Notes: generated by a model not told the origin, from the letters alone. Positions 7,987 through 18,308 are shown, counted from the first letter of the stretch. The stretch is 51,418 bases of DNA from Comamonadaceae bacterium (GCA_947454695.1 CANGMW010000001.1:1-51418), one strand, 5' to 3'. Program-made: numbers and translations.

Positions 7987-8934
7987 GCTTGCCCGTCGCG
8001 ACTCACGTCGCGCAATCCAGATGGTCGAGACGGAGATGACCAAGCCACCCACGAGCGTCGAATTGGCGGGTTGGTCCGAGAACACCAGCCACCCCATGAT
8101 GCTGGCCCACACCAGTTCCAAAAACTTCAAAGACTGCGTGGCCGAGATATCCACCAAGCCATAAGAACGCGTCAGGCAGTAGTGCGCGGCACTGCCCATC
8201 ACGCCGCAGGCCAAGTAGCCTCCCCACTGCAACAGCGTGGGGGTCTGCCAGTTCAGCACGGCCAAGGGAATGCTCAAAACGGTCACCGTCAGGGCTTGCC
8301 ACAAGACAATCACCCCGGCCGTTTCATAGCGCGTCAAGGCCTTGGTGATGAGGAACGAGGCCGCAAACATGGGCACGGAGGCCAACATGATCAGGCTGTA
8401 CACGCCGCTGCTGCCGTGTCCGCTGAAGTTAGGCCCCATCACAACCACCACGCCGGTGAAGCCAATGGCCGCGGCCAGCCAGCGCTCCCAGTGCATCGAT
8501 TCGCGTAAGAACAACCACGCGCCGATCATGATGAAAATCGGCGTGGTGAAGCTGATGGCCGTCATCTCTGCCAAGGAAATTTTCGGCAACGCTACAAACC
8601 ACAACCCTAGACCGACGGTGTGCACAATCCCGCGCGTAAATTGGCCGCCGATATTGACCGGCATGAAAGTTTTCACACCATAGCGCCAGACCAGGGGCAG
8701 CATCACCACCACCCCGCACAGGTAACGCAAAAACTGCGATTGGAAAGGATCCAACTGGCCTGTCAGCAAGCGCGCCATGGTGTTGAGTTGGACAAAAAAT
8801 ATTCCCGCCAAAAGCGTCCACAACAGGCCCTTGACCGCGGGATCCAGACGCGCGACATGGTGGCGGGTCAGCGCGAAGCGTCGCTGAAGCCCACTTCGCT
8901 GATGGGGGGCTACGGGACGTTTTTTGAATGGCAT
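7981..8934 (-). CDS. DMT-superfamily (EamA-like) transporter
   Basis: 317 aa, about 10 TM helices arranged as two EamA-type repeats, with a basic N-terminal tail. Confidence 0.8.
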   Translation of the reverse strand: MPFKKRPVAPHQRSGLQRRFALTRHHVARLDPAVKGLLWTLLAGIFFVQLNTMARLLTGQLDPFQSQFLRYLCGVVVMLPLVWRYGVKTFMPVNIGGQFTRGIVHTVGLGLWFVALPKISLAEMTAISFTTPIFIMIGAWLFLRESMHWERWLAAAIGFTGVVVVMGPNFSGHGSSGVYSLIMLASVPMFAASFLITKALTRYETAGVIVLWQALTVTVLSIPLAVLNWQTPTLLQWGGYLACGVMGSAAHYCLTRSYGLVDISATQSLKFLELVWASIMGWLVFSDQPANSTLVGGLVISVSTIWIARRESRRASL

Positions 8935-9003
8935 GCAGGTAGTCTAGAGGTAGCGGCGTCGAGCCACGGTCGCCAGAGGGACGGGGGCGGCTTTTTCTTG
9001 GCT

Positions 9004-12000
9004 TCAGCTGTTGAGTTGTTGCCAGGCTTTGTCCAGTCGCTTAACACTGACCGGCTGGGGTGTGCGCAATTCCTGGGCGAAAAAGCTGACGCGCAATTCT
9101 TCCAAGAGCCAGCGAAATTCCTGCAATCGCGCGTCCATCACGCCCCGGCGGTCGGCCACCAGCCGCCAGTAGCGCTGCTCCAAGGGCCGCAGCTCTGCCA
9201 GCTTGGCCGCATCACGCGCGGGGTCGGCCCGGTATTTGTCTAAGCGCAAGGTGATGGCCTTGAGGTAGCGCGCCATGTGCTGCAACTGCGCCCAGGGCGT
9301 GAGCGCGATGAAGCGCTTGGGCATGAGACGCTGCAACTGCTGGGTGCAGTCGGCCACGGCATCCACAGCAGACTTGCTGTCCTTGATTTTGCGCGCTGCG
9401 GTGCTGTATTCGGTCAAAACAACGGCGGCCAGTCGCGCCACTTCACTGGCAATCAGCGTCAGGCGCCCTCGCCCCTCTTCAAGCCGGCGCTTGAAGCTGG
9501 CCTCGTCCACGGGCCAAGGCTCCAGCAAGAAAGCGCGGTCCAGCGCCACATCCACGATCTGGGTGCGCAATTCATCGACCGTGCCGCCACCGGTGCCGTC
9601 TGCGTTGCGCCCGACCTGCATGAAGGTGGTTCCCATTTTTTGCAGGTCCGGGATATTTTTCTCCAGGTACTTCAGGGCATCTTTGATCTGCAAACCAAAC
9701 AAGCGACGAAGACCTGCCCGGTGCTTGCTGGCGGCTGAATCAGGCTCGTCAAAGACCTCGATGCCCACCGCATCCCCCAGATCGATCAAGGCAGGAAAGC
9801 CAATCAGCGTTTGACCGCCCTTGCGGATTTCCATCAACTCGGGCAACTCGCCAAATGTCCAGGCGGTGTAGCGCTGCTCGGCGTTGGAGTTGCTTGAATT
9901 AGCCCGCACGGCTGAGCTCGGCTGCCCTGCTGGGTTGTTCGCTTTATGGCCCTTGCTTGGTGTCGCCCCCGGCGCCACATCGCCTTTGCTCACCGGCTGC
10001 GGGTTTGATGCCGTGATTTGCGCTACTTTGAGCTGAGCCAATGCTTGAAACGCGCCACGGGCTTGACCACCCAGTTCGGCCTTGAGTGCGCCGATGTTGC
10101 GGCCCATGCCGAGCTGGCGGCCGTGCTCATCGACGACGCGCAAGTTCATGAAACTGTGCGGCGGCAGCATGTCCAATTTGAAGTCGCCGCGTTGGATATC
10201 CAGCGAGGTGGCATCGCGCACCAACTTGAGTACGGCATCGGTCAGCGAGCCGTGACCGAACTTTTCATCTTTGAGCAGCGTCTGAGCCATGTTGGCGGCG
10301 GTCTGCGGCAGCGGCACCAGGCGTGAGCGCGGGCGCTGGTGAAGGGTTTTGAGCAGGGCCTGAATTTTGTCCTTGAGCATGCCCGGCACCAGCCACTCGC
10401 AGCGCTCATCCTGCACCTGGTTGAGCACAAACAAAGGCACGGTGACGGTCAGGCCGTCGCGCGCATCACCGGGTTCATGCAAGTAGCCTGCAGCACAGTC
10501 CACGCCACCCAGGCGCAGGGTTTTGGGAAAGGCATTGGTGGTAATGCCCGCGGCCTCGTGACGCATCAACTCATCGCGGGTGAGAACCAGCAGCTGCGCT
10601 TGGTCCTTGCTGGCTTGCCGGTACCAGGTCTCAAAAGTATGGCCACTGCACACATCGGGCGGCAATTGCTGGTCGTAAAAAGCATAGATCAGCTCGTCAT
10701 CGACCAGCACATCCTGGCGACGGGCCTTGTGCTCCAGATCCTGCACTTGGCGAATGAGCTTGCGATTGGCCGCCAGGAAAGGCAGCGTGCTGTCCCACTC
10801 CTCGCCCACCAGCGCCTCACGGATGAAAATCTCGCGGGCGCCTTGCGGATCGATGCGCCCGAAGTTCACGCGGCGTCCGTTGTAGATCACGATGCCGTAC
10901 AAGGTGGCGCGCTCCAGCGAAATGACCTCCGCCGCCTTTTTTTCCCAATGCGGATCCAAAAACTGCTTCTTGAGCAGGTGTGCCGCCACCTGCTCCACCC
11001 ACTGAGGTTCGATGTTGGCAATCCCCCGTCCAAACAAGCGGGTGGTCTGCACCAGTTCAGCCGCCACGATCCAGCGGCCCGGTTTTTTGCTCAGGTGTGC
11101 GCCGGGATGCCGGTAGAACTTGATGCCGCGCGCGCCCAGGTACTCCCCTGCGGCCACCTCTTCTTCGAGCTTGTAGCCAATGTTGCCCAGTAGCCCGGAG
11201 AGCATGGCCAGATGGATTTGCTCGTAACTGGCTGCCAGGGTGTTGAGCCGCCACTGGTGTTCAGCGACCACGGTGTGCAACTGCGAATGGATGTCGCGCC
11301 ACTCCCGCACACGGCGCATGCTGACAAAGTTTTGCCGCAGCAGCTGCTCAAACTGCCGGTTCGAGAGTTTGTGCGTCGTTGGTGCCGCCGCCGGCGGTGC
11401 CCCGCGCGCAGGCACGGCTTGACGCTTGCCGGCTACGGACACATCTGATGGAGCGGCGCTGGCAGATGTGCCACCGCGCGCATTTTCCAGCCAGCGCCAC
11501 AACTTCAAGTAGCCGCTGAATTCACTTTTCTCATCATCAAACTTGGCATGCGCCTGATCCGCTTGCGCCTGCGCCTCCATGGGACGGTCACGGGCATCTT
11601 GCACGGACAAAGCGGACGCAATGATCAGCACTTCATCCAAGGCGTTCAGGCTGCGCGCTTCCAAAATCATGCGGCCCACCCGGGGGTCCAGCGGTAAGCG
11701 CGAAAGCTCCTGCCCGATGGGCGTGAGTTCATTGGCGTCGTCCACCGCACCGAGCTCATGGAGCAGCTGATACCCATCGGTGATCGCACGGCTGGAGGGC
11801 GCATCGATGAAGGGGAAATCCTCCACCAGCCCTAAGCGCAAGGACTTCATGCGCAAAATCACACCCGCCAGCGAGCTGCGCAGGATTTCCGGGTCGGTGA
11901 AGCGGGGGCGCGCCGTGAAGTCTTTTTCCTCAAACAAGCGAATGCAAATGCCGTCGGCCACCCGTCCGCAGCGCCCGGCGCGCTGGTTGGCCGCCGCCTG

Positions 12001-13044
12001 ACTGATGGGCTCGACCAGCAACTGCTCGACTTTGCTCCTGAAACTGTAGCGCTTGACGCGTGCTGTGCCGGCATCGATCACATACCGGATGCCGGGCACG
12101 GTGAGCGAGGTTTCCGCCACATTGGTGGCCAGCACAATGCGTCGGCCGTGGTGGCTGTCAAAAATGCGGTCTTGTTCGGCTTGCGACAAACGCGCAAACA
12201 GCGGCAGCACTTCGGCCCCTCGGGTCAGGGGGGCGTGACTCAGATGGCCGCGCAAATGGTCGGCGGCCTCACGGATCTCGCGTTCGCCGGGCAGGAACAC
12301 CAAAATGTCGCCCTGGTCCTGGGGCGATCGCCAAAGCTCATCCACCGCATCAGCGATGGCCTCGTTCAGGCCGTGGTCGCGGCTTTCTTCGAAGGGGCGC
12401 CAGCGCTGTTCCACGGGAAAGGTGCGCCCGGAGACCAAGATCACCGGCGCCGGCTGACCTGGCGTGTTCCCTTTGGCAGGGCTGGCGAAATGCTTGGCGA
12501 AGCGGTCCGCGTCAATCGTGGCCGAGGTGATGATGACCTTCAGGTCGGGGCGCTTGGGCAGCAACTGGCGCAAATAGCCCAACAGAAAATCGATGTTCAG
12601 GCTGCGCTCATGCGCCTCGTCAATGATCAGGGTGTCATAGGCCCGCAACAGCGGATCGGACTGGGTCTCGGCCAGCAAGATGCCGTCCGTCATGAGCTTG
12701 ACCGAGGCGTCGCGGGACAAACGGTCCTGAAAACGCACCTTGTAGCCCACCACCTCGCCCAGCGGCGTTTGCAGTTCTTCGGCGATGCGCTTGGCCACGG
12801 AACTCGCAGCAATGCGGCGCGGTTGGGTGTGTCCAATGAGTTGACCGCGCTCGCCGGGCGCGGCATTGCACTTGCCGCGGCCCATGGCCAGCGCAATTTT
12901 GGGCAGCTGGGTGGTTTTGCCCGAGCCGGTCTCTCCGCAGACGATGACGACTTGGTGCTGGGCGATCGCTGCCATGATCTCGTCGCGTTTACCCGACACT
13001 GGCAGGGCTGGCGGAAACTCGATTTTCAGGGTCTGGGGGTTCAA
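9004..13044 (-). CDS. hrpA: ATP-dependent RNA helicase HrpA (DEAH box)
   Basis: 1346 aa with 'GETGSGKTTQLPK' (Walker A), 'DEAHER' and 'SATID', plus the HA2/OB and long HrpA C-terminal region. Confidence 0.95.
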   Translation of the reverse strand: MNPQTLKIEFPPALPVSGKRDEIMAAIAQHQVVIVCGETGSGKTTQLPKIALAMGRGKCNAAPGERGQLIGHTQPRRIAASSVAKRIAEELQTPLGEVVGYKVRFQDRLSRDASVKLMTDGILLAETQSDPLLRAYDTLIIDEAHERSLNIDFLLGYLRQLLPKRPDLKVIITSATIDADRFAKHFASPAKGNTPGQPAPVILVSGRTFPVEQRWRPFEESRDHGLNEAIADAVDELWRSPQDQGDILVFLPGEREIREAADHLRGHLSHAPLTRGAEVLPLFARLSQAEQDRIFDSHHGRRIVLATNVAETSLTVPGIRYVIDAGTARVKRYSFRSKVEQLLVEPISQAAANQRAGRCGRVADGICIRLFEEKDFTARPRFTDPEILRSSLAGVILRMKSLRLGLVEDFPFIDAPSSRAITDGYQLLHELGAVDDANELTPIGQELSRLPLDPRVGRMILEARSLNALDEVLIIASALSVQDARDRPMEAQAQADQAHAKFDDEKSEFSGYLKLWRWLENARGGTSASAAPSDVSVAGKRQAVPARGAPPAAAPTTHKLSNRQFEQLLRQNFVSMRRVREWRDIHSQLHTVVAEHQWRLNTLAASYEQIHLAMLSGLLGNIGYKLEEEVAAGEYLGARGIKFYRHPGAHLSKKPGRWIVAAELVQTTRLFGRGIANIEPQWVEQVAAHLLKKQFLDPHWEKKAAEVISLERATLYGIVIYNGRRVNFGRIDPQGAREIFIREALVGEEWDSTLPFLAANRKLIRQVQDLEHKARRQDVLVDDELIYAFYDQQLPPDVCSGHTFETWYRQASKDQAQLLVLTRDELMRHEAAGITTNAFPKTLRLGGVDCAAGYLHEPGDARDGLTVTVPLFVLNQVQDERCEWLVPGMLKDKIQALLKTLHQRPRSRLVPLPQTAANMAQTLLKDEKFGHGSLTDAVLKLVRDATSLDIQRGDFKLDMLPPHSFMNLRVVDEHGRQLGMGRNIGALKAELGGQARGAFQALAQLKVAQITASNPQPVSKGDVAPGATPSKGHKANNPAGQPSSAVRANSSNSNAEQRYTAWTFGELPELMEIRKGGQTLIGFPALIDLGDAVGIEVFDEPDSAASKHRAGLRRLFGLQIKDALKYLEKNIPDLQKMGTTFMQVGRNADGTGGGTVDELRTQIVDVALDRAFLLEPWPVDEASFKRRLEEGRGRLTLIASEVARLAAVVLTEYSTAARKIKDSKSAVDAVADCTQQLQRLMPKRFIALTPWAQLQHMARYLKAITLRLDKYRADPARDAAKLAELRPLEQRYWRLVADRRGVMDARLQEFRWLLEELRVSFFAQELRTPQPVSVKRLDKAWQQLNS

Positions 13045-13098
13045 GGCTTAACTTCGTAGAGAATCGCTAATTATCCCTGCCCCACACCAGAGTCCTGC

Positions 13099-14448
13099 AT
13101 GTCCGCTGTTTTTGACTTCACCTTTGTCCCCTGGTTCCGCTCGGTCGCGCCCTACATTCACATGCACCGCGGCAAGACCTTTGTCGTGGCCATTGCCGGG
13201 GAGGCCATTGCGGCGGGCAAGTTGCAGCATCTGGCACAGGACCTGGCCCTGATCCAAAGCATGGGCGTGAAGATCGTGCTGGTGCACGGTTTTCGCCCGC
13301 AGGTCAATGAGCAGCTCAAGGCCAAAGGCCATGAGCCCAAGTATTCCCACGGCATGCGCATCACCGACGAGGTGTCGCTGGACTGTGCCCAGGAAGCCGC
13401 CGGTCAGCTGCGCTATGAAATTGAAGCCGCTTTCAGCCAGGGCTTGCCCAACACGCCCATGGCCGGCTCCACGGTTCGGGTGCTGTCGGGCAACTTCATC
13501 ACCGCGCGGCCGGTGGGCATCGTGGACGGCGTGGATTTCCAGCATTCGGGCCTGGTGCGCAAGGTCGATACCGCGGGCATCAAACGCACCCTGGACTTTG
13601 GTGCCATGGTGCTGCTCTCGCCCTTTGGTTTTTCACCCACCGGCGAAGCCTTCAACCTCACCATGGAAGAAGTAGCCACCTCCGTGGCGATTGCCTTGCA
13701 GGCCGATAAATTGATTTTCCTGACCGAAATCGCCGGCGTTCGCATAGACCCGCTCGCACCCGAGGGGGAAGACAACCCGATTGACACCGAGTTGCCGCTG
13801 GCCGCTGCTGAAAAATTATTGGCGTCTCTGCCCGACCCCAAACAACCCACCGACACCGCGTTTTACCTGCAGCACTGCGTGAAGGCCTGCAAGAGCGGCG
13901 TGGAGCGCAGCCACATCTTGCCCTTCTCGGTCGATGGCGCCTTGCTGCTGGAAATCTATGTGCACGACGGCATCGGCACCATGGTGGTGGATGAAAAACT
14001 CGAAGAGTTGCGCGAAGCCGCTTCAGACGATGTGGGCGGCATCTTGCACCTGATTGAACCGTTCGAAAAAGACGGCACGCTGGTCAAACGCAGCCGCACT
14101 GAAATTGAGCGCGACATCGGCAACTACACGATCCTAGACCATGACGGCGTGATCTTCGCCTGTGCGGCCCTGTACCCCTACCCCGAAGCGAAAACGGCCG
14201 AAATGGCCGCACTCACCGTCTCGCCGGAATCTCAGGGTCAGGGCGATGGTGAGCGGGTCTTAAAGCGCATCGAACACCGGGCTCGCGACATGGGCTTGGA
14301 GAGTATTTTTGTGCTGACCACCCGCACCACCCATTGGTTTTTGCGCCGTGGCTTTGTCCAAGCAGATCCCGATCAGTTGCCCGAGGCCCGAAAGCGCAAA
14401 TACAACTGGGACCGCAAATCGCAGGTCCTGGTCAAAAAACTCACCTAA
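13099..14448 (+). CDS. argA: Amino-acid N-acetyltransferase (N-acetylglutamate synthase) ArgA
   Basis: 449 aa with an N-terminal amino-acid-kinase fold ('FVPWFRSVAPYIHMHRGKTFVV') and a C-terminal GNAT domain ('QGQGDGERVLKRIE'). Confidence 0.9.
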   Translation: MSAVFDFTFVPWFRSVAPYIHMHRGKTFVVAIAGEAIAAGKLQHLAQDLALIQSMGVKIVLVHGFRPQVNEQLKAKGHEPKYSHGMRITDEVSLDCAQEAAGQLRYEIEAAFSQGLPNTPMAGSTVRVLSGNFITARPVGIVDGVDFQHSGLVRKVDTAGIKRTLDFGAMVLLSPFGFSPTGEAFNLTMEEVATSVAIALQADKLIFLTEIAGVRIDPLAPEGEDNPIDTELPLAAAEKLLASLPDPKQPTDTAFYLQHCVKACKSGVERSHILPFSVDGALLLEIYVHDGIGTMVVDEKLEELREAASDDVGGILHLIEPFEKDGTLVKRSRTEIERDIGNYTILDHDGVIFACAALYPYPEAKTAEMAALTVSPESQGQGDGERVLKRIEHRARDMGLESIFVLTTRTTHWFLRRGFVQADPDQLPEARKRKYNWDRKSQVLVKKLT

Positions 14449-15380
14449 GCGAGTTCAGCCAAACGCCGGTTCTGCCGCGCGGTCAGGCGGGCGATGTCGG
14501 CCACATCCTGTGCCGACAGCTTGGGGCCGGGTTTGCGCACAGCGGCACTGGCAATCACCCCGCGTTCTGCCAGGATGTGCTTGCGCACCGCCAGGCCGAT
14601 GCCGGTTTGCTGCTCATAACGAGCCAAGGGCAAGTAAGCATCGAACAAGTCATGGGCGCGTTCCGTCTCACCACGGGCATGCGCCGCGCACACCTCCACC
14701 ATCATTTCGGGATAAGCAAAACCGGTCATCGCGCCATCGGCACCGCGGCTGAGTTCTTCGGGCAGAAACAGTCCGCCGCCGTTGCCCGTCAGGATGGACA
14801 CGCGGCGCAACTCGCCTTTTTGGCTGGCGGCCCGAAGCGCCGAGAGCTTGGTCAGACCGGGAGAGTCTTCGTGCTTGAGCATCACGCAGTGCGGTGAGCT
14901 CTGGATGATCTTCATGATCACCCCGGTCGACATTTGAACGCCGGTAGCCACCGGGTGGTCTTGCAAGACCCAGGGCACCTGGGGCCCCAGTGTTTCGTTG
15001 ACCATGTCGAAATAGGCCAGGATTTGGTCATCGGTGCGCACGGTCGAGGGCGGCGCCACCATCACGCCCGCTGCACCCAAGTCCATCACACTTTGGGTGA
15101 GTTCCCGCATAGGCGCAAAGCCCGGGGCCGAGGCCCCGACCACCACCGGCACGCGCCCTTGCACGCGCGCGAGCACCTGCTGGACAAACTGACGTGATTC
15201 CTCCATGGTGAGCTTGGGCGCTTCGCCCATGATGCCCAGCACGGTCAGGCCGGTGACGCCTTTGTCCAGGCAAAAATCCACCATGCGGTCGGTGCTGGAC
15301 AAATCCAATGCCCCGCTGTCGGTGAAGGGGGTGACCGTGATCAGGTACACCCCGCGGGCATCGGCATTCAAGCTATTCAT
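14445..15380 (-). CDS. Dihydrodipicolinate synthase (DapA/NAL) family lyase
   Basis: 311 aa with a DHDPS-family N-terminus ('GVYLITVTPFTDSGALDL...MVDFCLDKGVTGLTVLGIMGE'). The specific substrate cannot be assigned. Confidence 0.8.
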   Translation of the reverse strand: MNSLNADARGVYLITVTPFTDSGALDLSSTDRMVDFCLDKGVTGLTVLGIMGEAPKLTMEESRQFVQQVLARVQGRVPVVVGASAPGFAPMRELTQSVMDLGAAGVMVAPPSTVRTDDQILAYFDMVNETLGPQVPWVLQDHPVATGVQMSTGVIMKIIQSSPHCVMLKHEDSPGLTKLSALRAASQKGELRRVSILTGNGGGLFLPEELSRGADGAMTGFAYPEMMVEVCAAHARGETERAHDLFDAYLPLARYEQQTGIGLAVRKHILAERGVIASAAVRKPGPKLSAQDVADIARLTARQNRRLAELA

Positions 15381-15404
15381 ATCGCAACGCGTGAAGATAG
15401 GCTT

Positions 15405-15917
15405 TCAGGCCTTGTTGAAGAGACGGCGCCCACACACCACCAGGCTGATCAGCCCGATCACGGCAAAAACCAGCAACGACCAGTTGGCGATAGAGCCGCC
15501 CAGAAAAGTCCAGTCCACCTTGGAGCAGTCGCCGCTGCCTTTGAGCAGCATGGGTACGACGCGTTGGAGCGGAAAGGCTTCGATCATGCCGTACAGGTCC
15601 CGCCCGCAACTCACCGCCTCGGGCGGGTACCACTGCAGCCAAGTCTGGCGCGCCGCCACAAACGCGCCCGCGCCAGCCAGGACAGCGATCAATGCCGCCG
15701 CACTCAGGTGAACGCCGGGACGCGCGCTCAGGGCGGCCAGGCCCGCAACCAGGGCAATCAGGAGCAATGCATAGCGCTGAACAATGCACATCGGGCAGGG
15801 CTCCAAGCCCACGACATGCTGCAAATACATGCCAAAGCCCAGCATGCCGATGCCGACGGCGCACAAGGCCAGCAAAGCGCGACGCGGGTAATGGTCCAGT
15901 GCTTGAATAAACATCAC
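15405..15917 (-). CDS. dsbB: Disulfide bond formation protein B
   Basis: 170 aa with 4 TM helices, the CxxC 'CPMCIVQRY' in the first periplasmic loop and a second Cys pair in the second loop. Confidence 0.85.
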   Translation of the reverse strand: MMFIQALDHYPRRALLALCAVGIGMLGFGMYLQHVVGLEPCPMCIVQRYALLLIALVAGLAALSARPGVHLSAAALIAVLAGAGAFVAARQTWLQWYPPEAVSCGRDLYGMIEAFPLQRVVPMLLKGSGDCSKVDWTFLGGSIANWSLLVFAVIGLISLVVCGRRLFNKA

Positions 15918-16136
15918 ATTCCCTTTTCAATTGAACGACTGGCGGGCAGACAATTCGGCCGCCTCGATAGCCACAATCACTATTGTTGCGCAGGAATGGC
16001 TTGCCATCGCCGATATTTAGCCTCGGGCAAGCGCTTGTGGTGCCTTGCGTCCCTAGACGCGCTCGGGTGATTTGAAACGAATAAGATAGGGCCAAGGCAA
16101 TTTGCCATCTGTTTCAAGATCATCAAGAGGTATTTC

Positions 16137-16409
16137 ATGGCACGTATGGTTAACTGCATCAAGCTCGGCAAGGAAGCTGAAGGTTTGGATTTCCCGCCCT
16201 ATCCCGGTGATCTGGGCAAGCGCATCTGGGAAGGTGTGAGCAAAGAGGCCTGGGCCGCCTGGCTCAAGCACCAGACCATGCTGGTCAATGAAAACCGATT
16301 GAATCTGGCCGACGCCCGGGCCCGCCAGTACCTGGCGCGTCAGATGGAAAACCATTTCTTTGGCGGTGGCGCCGATGCGGCGCAAGGTTTTGTTCCCCCC
16401 AGCCCCTGA
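16137..16409 (+). CDS. yggX: Fe(2+)-trafficking / oxidative damage protection protein YggX
   Basis: 90 aa. '[56 protein letters not shown]' is the YggX signature. Confidence 0.9.
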   Translation: MARMVNCIKLGKEAEGLDFPPYPGDLGKRIWEGVSKEAWAAWLKHQTMLVNENRLNLADARARQYLARQMENHFFGGGADAAQGFVPPSP

Positions 16410-16453
16410 TGGGGCTTGTGCCGGCTCGACGTCGACCTTGAACAGGCCCGCGC

Positions 16454-18214
16454 TTGTTGGCCTCACCTAGCATTTATCGCCATGGGGCATGGCAAGGCCG
16501 GCCTTGCTGGCGGGTGTTGGATACCCGCTGGGATGCACAGCGCTGTTTGAATTTATGGCAGGACTGGCTGGATGATGCCCAGCGGCCTCGCCTGCTGCAT
16601 CTGGTGGCTTTGTGCGCCCAGGTCCCCTCTGCTAAGGAGGTACGGGTCGCGACCCAAAGCCACGCGGTTTCCTGCGGCCTTGCCGAAGAACTCGCCCGGG
16701 CGCTCTGGGGGCTCTTACCCGGCTTCCACCGCATCAGTTTGCAAGGCGGGCAATTTCTGCTCACGCTGTGCATCGGCCCGACTCAAGCCCTTTTAAGAGA
16801 ACAACAGTTTGCGGCGGATGCTGTAGTGTTGGACCTCGGGCCCGAGTCTGAGCACACCCCGGTCTGGGACCGTTGGGGCTTGAAGTCACTGGCCCGCTGT
16901 TGCCAGCGCGGCGCGCCCGTCTCCTTGGTGGGCGACGCGAGCACCATGAAGCCCGACTTGGTTCAAAACGGTTTTGTTGAAACCGAGGGCGCCTGGCAAT
17001 ACAACCCGCCTTGGCAGACCCGCCACAACCGTGACGCCTGGCGTTCGCCCCCGATGGACGTGGCGCGCTGCACGGTGGTGGGGGCCGGTCTGGCCGGCGC
17101 GGCGGTTGCGGCTGCGCTGGCACGTCGCGGCTGGCAAGTGACTGTCCTGGACGCGCAAGAAAGCCCTGCAGGTGGCGCCTCTGGATTGCCTGCGGGACTC
17201 TTGGTCGCGCATGTTTCGGCCGATGACAGCCCCCGATCGCGGCTCGCGCGCGCAGGTGTGCGCATGATGTTGGCTCAAGCCCATGACCATCTTGTGCGGG
17301 ATCAGGATTGGGCGCCCCGTGGCGTTGTGGAACACCGTCTGGATGGCCGCAGTGGCTTGCCCCTGAATTGGCCTGCGGCTGAAGCGCAGGATTGGGCCAA
17401 CCTAGGGGCATCCGACGATCTCACCGCGTCCAATGCGGCGCAAGCCCTGCATCACAAACCCGCCGGCTGGATCAAACCCGCCAAAATGGTGCAGGCCTGG
17501 CTGGCCACGCCCGGCGTGCGCTTTGTGGGCCGGGCGCATGTGAAGGGCTTGACTCAGGAAGGTGCACATTGGAACGTGATCGATGCACAGGGGCGCACAC
17601 TGGCCTGCGCCGAGCTGGTGGTGCTGGCCAATGCGCAGGCAGCCCTGCCCTTGCTGCAAGCCATCGACCAGGAGCACCCGGAATACGCCTTGCAAACCTC
17701 TGGACTGCCGGCTCAAACGGGCATGCGGGGCGTGGTGTCCTGGGCGATACAGTGCCTAGGTGATGACCAAGCGCTGCCTGAGCTGCCCGTGAACGGTCAA
17801 GGCAGCTTGATCCCCCATGTGCCCACGGCTTCGGGTCTGAGCTGGTATCTGGGCGCCACCTACGAAGACGCCCGACATGAAGCGCAAACCCTTGCGCAGC
17901 ACCACGCCAGCAATCTGAACAAGTTGGTGCGCTTGTTGCCCGATGTCGCCCAGCACCTGGCTCCACGTTTTGCCAGCAAGGAAGTCCAAAGCTGGACGGG
18001 CGTGCGCTGCGTCAGCGACGACCGCATGCCGGTGGTGGGGGCGCTTCAAAGCGGTCCTCAACCGAATCTGTGGGTGAGTGCCGCCATGGGCTCACGGGGT
18101 TTGAGTTTTGCTTACCTCTGTGCAGAACTGCTGGCGGCGCGTCTGGGTGCCGAGCCCTTGCCAGTAGAAGCCTCGCTGGCGGCCAGTCTGCTGGCCACAC
18201 GGCAAGCCAAATAG
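16454..18214 (+). CDS. mnmC: MnmC-like tRNA (cmnm5s2U34) FAD-dependent oxidoreductase with an N-terminal MnmC(m)-like domain
   Basis: FAD Rossmann loop 'VVGAGLAGAAVAAALARRGWQVTVLD' at about residue 205 and a DAO-type C-terminal domain. The N-terminal 200 aa are collinear with the MnmC methyltransferase half. The start is uncertain (TTG 16454 is the first in-frame start; no ATG nearby). Confidence 0.7.
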   Translation: MLASPSIYRHGAWQGRPCWRVLDTRWDAQRCLNLWQDWLDDAQRPRLLHLVALCAQVPSAKEVRVATQSHAVSCGLAEELARALWGLLPGFHRISLQGGQFLLTLCIGPTQALLREQQFAADAVVLDLGPESEHTPVWDRWGLKSLARCCQRGAPVSLVGDASTMKPDLVQNGFVETEGAWQYNPPWQTRHNRDAWRSPPMDVARCTVVGAGLAGAAVAAALARRGWQVTVLDAQESPAGGASGLPAGLLVAHVSADDSPRSRLARAGVRMMLAQAHDHLVRDQDWAPRGVVEHRLDGRSGLPLNWPAAEAQDWANLGASDDLTASNAAQALHHKPAGWIKPAKMVQAWLATPGVRFVGRAHVKGLTQEGAHWNVIDAQGRTLACAELVVLANAQAALPLLQAIDQEHPEYALQTSGLPAQTGMRGVVSWAIQCLGDDQALPELPVNGQGSLIPHVPTASGLSWYLGATYEDARHEAQTLAQHHASNLNKLVRLLPDVAQHLAPRFASKEVQSWTGVRCVSDDRMPVVGALQSGPQPNLWVSAAMGSRGLSFAYLCAELLAARLGAEPLPVEASLAASLLATRQAK

Positions 18215-18236
18215 CCGCAAGAGGTGGGTTTGCGGC
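18214..18236 (+). terminator. Stem-loop immediately after the mnmC stop (weak terminator candidate)
   Basis: GCCGCAA (18214-18220) pairs with TTGCGGC (18230-18236) around a 9-nt loop. No T-tract follows. Confidence 0.25.
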
Positions 18237-18308
18237 GCTGAGCAAGGCCATATCAGGCTATATCAGGCCATATGCCGGTGGAGCATATGGGTACAAGAAA
18301 ATTGTATT

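Noticed and set aside
15918-16136. The 219-nt dsbB-yggX divergent spacer, scanned for RNA genes, repeats or riboswitch-like blocks. The hrpA-EamA (8935-9003) and hrpA-argA (13045-13098) spacers were scanned in the same way.
   Set aside because: I found only short palindromes (for example GGCAATTTGCC) and no conserved RNA motifs, tRNA-like structure or convincing terminators. These are ordinary promoter spacers as far as I can tell.
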